Program-made: the position numbers and the translations under genes | In this document: in pieces, positions 60,266 to 64,000 of the stretch | Layout: every line of letters starts with the position of its first letter | Position numbering within the stretch: position 1 is the first letter of the stretch | The notes under the pieces: model-generated | What the model saw: the letters and a program-made list of their open reading frames with translations, nothing else | Told to the model about the DNA's origin: nothing | Database searches by the model: none | From: an uncultured Oceanospirillaceae bacterium | GTDB taxonomy: Bacteria > Pseudomonadota > Gammaproteobacteria > Pseudomonadales > Balneatricaceae | Assembly (NCBI GenBank): GCA_964022265.1 | Contig: CAXHZX010000001.1 | Span: 22,244-86,243 of the forward strand | DNA length: 64,000 bases | Direction of reading: 5' to 3'

Positions 60266-61012
60266 TGCCATGTACTGTTTTGCTTCTGGGATAGTATATT
60301 CGTTGAAGTGAAAGATACTGGCTGCTAACACCGCATCCGCTTTACCTTCTGTCACCCCTTCTACTAAATGGTCCAAATTACCCACTCCGCCTGATGCGAT
60401 CACAGGTACAGAAACCATGTCACTGATGGTACGCGTGACGCCTAAATCGTACCCATTTTTAACGCCGTCTTGATCCATACTGGTGAGTAGAATTTCACCA
60501 GCGCCGTACTCAACCATTTTTACAGCCCACTCTACTGCATCGATGCCTGTAGGTTTGCGGCCACCATGGGTAAATATTTCCCACCTTAAAGGCTCACCTT
60601 CAGCGCTCACTTGCTTGGCATCTATGGCCACCACAATGCACTGAGCGCCAAAACGATCAGCAGCTTGTTGCACAAAATCTGGGTTAAATACCGCAGCAGA
60701 ATTAATACCCACTTTATCTGCACCAGCGTTTAGCATTCTGCGGATATCTTCACAGGTTCTAATGCCGCCGCCTACAGTTAAAGGGATAAACACTTCACTG
60801 GCCATCTTCTCAACCGTGTGAACCATGGTGTCGCGGTTTTCGTGAGTTGCGCCAATGTCTAAAAAGGTGATTTCATCAGCACCTTGCTCATTGTAGCGTT
60901 TTGCAACTTCTACAGGATCGCCAGCGTCTCTGATATCAACAAACTGTACGCCTTTTACAACGCGGCCGTTGTTCACGTCTAAGCAAGGAATAATGCGTTT
61001 AGCTAAGCCCAT
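60239..61012 (-). CDS. hisF: imidazole glycerol phosphate synthase cyclase subunit
   Basis: [22 protein letters not shown]; 257 aa. Confidence 0.96.
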   Translation of the reverse strand: MGLAKRIIPCLDVNNGRVVKGVQFVDIRDAGDPVEVAKRYNEQGADEITFLDIGATHENRDTMVHTVEKMASEVFIPLTVGGGIRTCEDIRRMLNAGADKVGINSAAVFNPDFVQQAADRFGAQCIVVAIDAKQVSAEGEPLRWEIFTHGGRKPTGIDAVEWAVKMVEYGAGEILLTSMDQDGVKNGYDLGVTRTISDMVSVPVIASGGVGNLDHLVEGVTEGKADAVLAASIFHFNEYTIPEAKQYMASKGIEMRL

Positions 61013-61035
61013 GGAAGTGTCCTAATAAGTCAGTG

Positions 61036-61785
61036 TTAGCTTTGGGTATCGCAATAGTTTTGCGCTGCGGCTAAATCTAAGGTGCCCTCATAGATAGCAC
61101 GGCCAGTAATTGCACCCACGATGCCATCACCAGAAACTGCCGCTAACGCTCGCACGTCATCCATGTTCGTCACACCACCAGAAGCGATCACCGGGATGCC
61201 TGCTTCTCTAGCCAGGTGGCGGGTAGCTTCTACGTTAACACCCTGCATCATGCCATCGCGGGCAATATCGGTATAAACAATAGAACTCACGCCATCATTA
61301 CGGAAACGCTTGGCAAGATCTACCGCCTTAACATCAGTCACTTCTGCCCAGCCCTCTACCGCCACCATGCCATCACTGGCATCTAAGCCCACAATAATAC
61401 GACCTGGGAAATCGCGACACGCTTGAGTAACAAAATCTGGGTCACGCACGGCTTGAGTACCAATAATAACGTACTCCACACCCGCTTGAAGATAAGCTTC
61501 AATGATGTCTAGATTACGGATACCACCACCAATTTGAATCGGTAGCTTAGGGTGTGCACTGGCAATGGCGTTTACAATTTCACCATTAACAGGGTTACCA
61601 GCAAAGGCGCCATTTAAATCAACAAGGTGAAGCCTTCTGCAGCCAGCATCTACCCATTGGTTTGCCACTGATACTGGATCTTTTGAGAATACGGTAGAGT
61701 CTTCCATACGACCTTGGCGCAAGCGTACACACTCTCCATCTTTTAGATCGATGGCTGGAATCATTAATAACGGGTTTTGAGACAT
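61036..61785 (-). CDS. hisA: ProFAR isomerase
   Basis: [27 protein letters not shown]. Confidence 0.95.
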   Translation of the reverse strand: MSQNPLLMIPAIDLKDGECVRLRQGRMEDSTVFSKDPVSVANQWVDAGCRRLHLVDLNGAFAGNPVNGEIVNAIASAHPKLPIQIGGGIRNLDIIEAYLQAGVEYVIIGTQAVRDPDFVTQACRDFPGRIIVGLDASDGMVAVEGWAEVTDVKAVDLAKRFRNDGVSSIVYTDIARDGMMQGVNVEATRHLAREAGIPVIASGGVTNMDDVRALAAVSGDGIVGAITGRAIYEGTLDLAAAQNYCDTQS

Positions 61786-61804
61786 AGATGATATGCGATA
61801 GCGA

Positions 61805-62440
61805 TTAGCTACCGTCCCACTTTAAGAAGTTTTGTAAAAGTTTAAGACCAGCGGTGTGACTTTTTTCTGGATGAAATTGTACCGCAAATATATTTTCATC
61901 CGCCAATGCCACATCAAACTGGAGACCATAATCGCAAGTAGCAGCCACCAGCTCGCGCTTTTGAGTGCGCACGTAATAGCTGTGTACAAAGTAAAACCGG
62001 CTGTTATCTTCAATGCCATCCCACAATTTATGGGGACGCTGTTGCACTTGGCTCCAGCCCATATGAGGCACTTTCAAATGCATTTGCTGAACACTGGGTT
62101 GGTCACCAAAGAAGCTCACCTCACCAGGTAATTCACCCAGACAATCTACGCCTGAATTTTCTGTTGAGTGCTGCATTAGGGCCTGCATGCCAACGCAAAT
62201 GCCAAGCATGGGTTTTTTACCCATTTGTTGCGCCACGATTTGGTCTACACCTAAACGTTTAATTTCGGCCATGCAATCACGAATGGCGCCCACACCAGGC
62301 AACAATACACGGTCACAGGCTTCAATTTTAGCGGCATCATTAGTGACATGCACACGCGTGTCTGGGCAAACGTGTTCAAGCGCTTTAGCAACGGAATGTA
62401 GGTTACCCATTCCGTAGTCAATTACTGCTATGGATTTCAT
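61805..62440 (-). CDS. hisH: imidazole glycerol phosphate synthase glutaminase subunit
   Basis: [21 protein letters not shown] (nucleophile Cys), FHPEKS. Confidence 0.95.
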   Translation of the reverse strand: MKSIAVIDYGMGNLHSVAKALEHVCPDTRVHVTNDAAKIEACDRVLLPGVGAIRDCMAEIKRLGVDQIVAQQMGKKPMLGICVGMQALMQHSTENSGVDCLGELPGEVSFFGDQPSVQQMHLKVPHMGWSQVQQRPHKLWDGIEDNSRFYFVHSYYVRTQKRELVAATCDYGLQFDVALADENIFAVQFHPEKSHTAGLKLLQNFLKWDGS

Positions 62441-62447
62441 ATCAAGC

Positions 62448-63041
62448 CTATAAGCTGCCTTTAGTCGATGGCATCATTCCTGCCATACGCTCATCAGCGC
62501 TTAACGCCATGCGCAAAGCACGGCCAAAGGCTTTAAATACTGTTTCTGCTTGGTGATGCGCATTTTTTCCAGCAAGGTTATCAATGTGCAAAGTTAATTT
62601 AGCGTGATTGACAAAACCACGGAAAAACTCATCAAATAAATCGACATCAAAGCCACCAATACGCCCGCGCGTATAGGTAACATGGTGGAACAAACCTGGG
62701 CGACCAGAGAAATCTAACACCACACGACTTAATGCTTCATCAAGCGGTACATAGGCTGAGCCATAGCGAGTAAGGCCTTTTTTATCGCCTACAGCTTGGT
62801 CTATAGCCATACCTAAAGTAATGCCTAAATCTTCCACAGTGTGGTGAGCATCAATGTGTAAGTCACCTTTGGCGTTGATGTCTAAATCAATTAAACCGTG
62901 ACGCGCAACTTGCTCCAACATATGATCCAAGAAAGGCAAACCGGTGACACAATTAAATACCCCAGTGCCGTCTAAGTTCACACTCACGGTGATTTGAGTT
63001 TCTAAAGTATTGCGTTCTACAGTGGCGGTGCGTGCCAACAT
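62448..63041 (-). CDS. hisB: imidazoleglycerol-phosphate dehydratase (monofunctional)
   Basis: [38 protein letters not shown] 63041 has GAGGG 6 nt upstream. Confidence 0.94.
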   Translation of the reverse strand: MLARTATVERNTLETQITVSVNLDGTGVFNCVTGLPFLDHMLEQVARHGLIDLDINAKGDLHIDAHHTVEDLGITLGMAIDQAVGDKKGLTRYGSAYVPLDEALSRVVLDFSGRPGLFHHVTYTRGRIGGFDVDLFDEFFRGFVNHAKLTLHIDNLAGKNAHHQAETVFKAFGRALRMALSADERMAGMMPSTKGSL

Positions 63042-63191
63042 GATATGCCCTCGCATTCGTTAAAGCTTTACAATTAGGTTGAATTATACGGCTTTTGGCC
63101 CCTGTTTTACACAGCACAAACACACCAAAACACAATAAAACAACGGTATACTCCTGTTAAATATGATTTACCACTGAAAAGCCAACCCCAA

Positions 63192-64000
63192 ATGATGACC
63201 AAAGATGTATTTGCAGACACTTTACTTGCCTGGTTTGACGAGCATGGACGCACTCATTTGCCTTGGCAGAAAGATCGCACAGGCTATCGGGTATGGGTTT
63301 CTGAGATTATGCTACAGCAAACTCAAGTGGCCACGGTAATCCCCTACTTTGAGCGTTTCATGCAGCGTTTCCCATCGATTAACCAGCTAGCAGCGGCAGA
63401 GGTTGATGATGTGTTAGCCCTTTGGACAGGCCTTGGCTATTACAGTAGGGCTCGCAACTTACACCACAGCGCTATTACCATTGCCACTGAGCACCTAGGC
63501 AATATGCCCACCCAACTGGATGATTTAATTGCCCTTAAGGGCATTGGCAGATCCACCGCTGGCGCCATTATTAGCCAAGCCTACAACCAAAAGGGCGTTA
63601 TTTTAGATGGCAACGTAAAAAGACTTCTGACCCGTTTGCACGGCATTCATGGCTGGCCTGGCCAAAGCGCAATCGATAAGCGCTTGTGGGAAACAGCCAC
63701 CCAACTTACCCCAAGCTATCGCAACGCAGACTATACCCAGGCCATCATGGACCTTGGCGCAACTATCTGTAAACCCAAACAGCCTTTGTGCATCGCTTGC
63801 CCTATGCAAGATCGTTGTATCGCCTTAGTAAGCGATGAAGTGAACATTATCCCAACACCAAAACCCAAAAAGGCCATCCCTCATAAAACCGTCTCAATGC
63901 TATTGTTAAAAAACAAGGCTAACCAAGTCTACCTAGAGCAAAGGCCAAGCCAGGGTATCTGGGGTGGCTTGTGGAGCTTGCCAGAGTATGATGACTTAAA
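63192..64000 (+). CDS. mutY: A/G-specific adenine glycosylase, N-terminal ~269 codons (continues past the right edge)
   Basis: Open-ended, so absent from the ORF track. My translation: MMTKDVFADTLLAWFDEHGRTHLPWQ...YRVWVSEIMLQQTQV...WTGLGYYSRARNLH...GIGRSTAGAI..., plus the 4Fe-4S cluster motif CKPKQPLCIACPMQDRC. Confidence 0.92.
   Translation, partial: MMTKDVFADTLLAWFDEHGRTHLPWQKDRTGYRVWVSEIMLQQTQVATVIPYFERFMQRFPSINQLAAAEVDDVLALWTGLGYYSRARNLHHSAITIATEHLGNMPTQLDDLIALKGIGRSTAGAIISQAYNQKGVILDGNVKRLLTRLHGIHGWPGQSAIDKRLWETATQLTPSYRNADYTQAIMDLGATICKPKQPLCIACPMQDRCIALVSDEVNIIPTPKPKKAIPHKTVSMLLLKNKANQVYLEQRPSQGIWGGLWSLPEYDDL

Noticed and set aside
63042-63191. his attenuator or leader peptide upstream of hisB
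   Set aside because: No run of His codons and no terminator/antiterminator pair. The hisBHAF cluster lacks hisG/D/C, consistent with non-attenuated Pseudomonas-type organisation.
1-64000. Search for mobile elements, defence islands, CRISPR arrays and tRNA/rRNA genes
   Set aside because: No transposase, integrase, phage or restriction-like ORFs. No spaced direct-repeat arrays. No T-loop (GGTTCGAAT-like) or cloverleaf candidates in any intergenic gap. All ORFs above about 130 aa belong to housekeeping families.

Overview
This window is a densely packed, almost entirely housekeeping stretch of a gammaproteobacterial chromosome. I call 61 protein-coding genes. tkt at the left edge and mutY at the right edge are open-ended, so they are missing from the ORF track. 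I found no rRNA or tRNA genes, no CRISPR array, no transposase, integrase or phage genes, and nothing defence-like. Left to right: tkt | 87-aa membrane protein | metK-rsmE-gshB-yqgE-ruvX-pyrR-pyrB-pyrC' | yggS-proC | ettA | ribA | dxs-ispA-xseB-yggT (minus strand) | DUF4426 | hemW-rdgB-XRE/cupin-sdaA (minus) | SDR | MarC | gdhB (1601 aa)-argD-like | rsmD | ftsY-ftsE-ftsX-rpoH | tesA / ybbA-ybbP | SulP | rpmE | priA-argS-SPOR-hslVU | small PHA-system-like protein | orphan lipoprotein | typA | glnA-glnL-glnG-trmL | secB-grxC-rhodanese (minus) | gpmI-envC-ctpA-yibQ | hisF-hisA-hisH-hisB (minus) | mutY. From memory, the gene order resembles Pseudomonas/Oceanospirillales-type loci but is much more compact. 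I do not see a convincing novel multi-gene system: every ORF above about 130 aa falls in a familiar family. What deserves a second look is small-scale: (1) a visibly AT-rich 300-bp spacer with a forward-facing terminator next to an orphan lipoprotein gene (46.5-47.4 kb); (2) a sigma-54-like element upstream of the giant NAD-GDH gene, which is paired with an argD/aruC-like aminotransferase; (3) a structured metK leader with a palindrome over its promoter; (4) a long inverted repeat in the yggT/DUF4426 divergent region; (5) yggT recruited to the head of an xseB-ispA-dxs operon; (6) a three-copy arm arrangement around the glnA terminator next to an NtrC-type site; (7) several convergent gene pairs whose 3' ends overlap or abut with no room for terminators. 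All promoter, operator and RNA calls are by eye and need computation or experiment.
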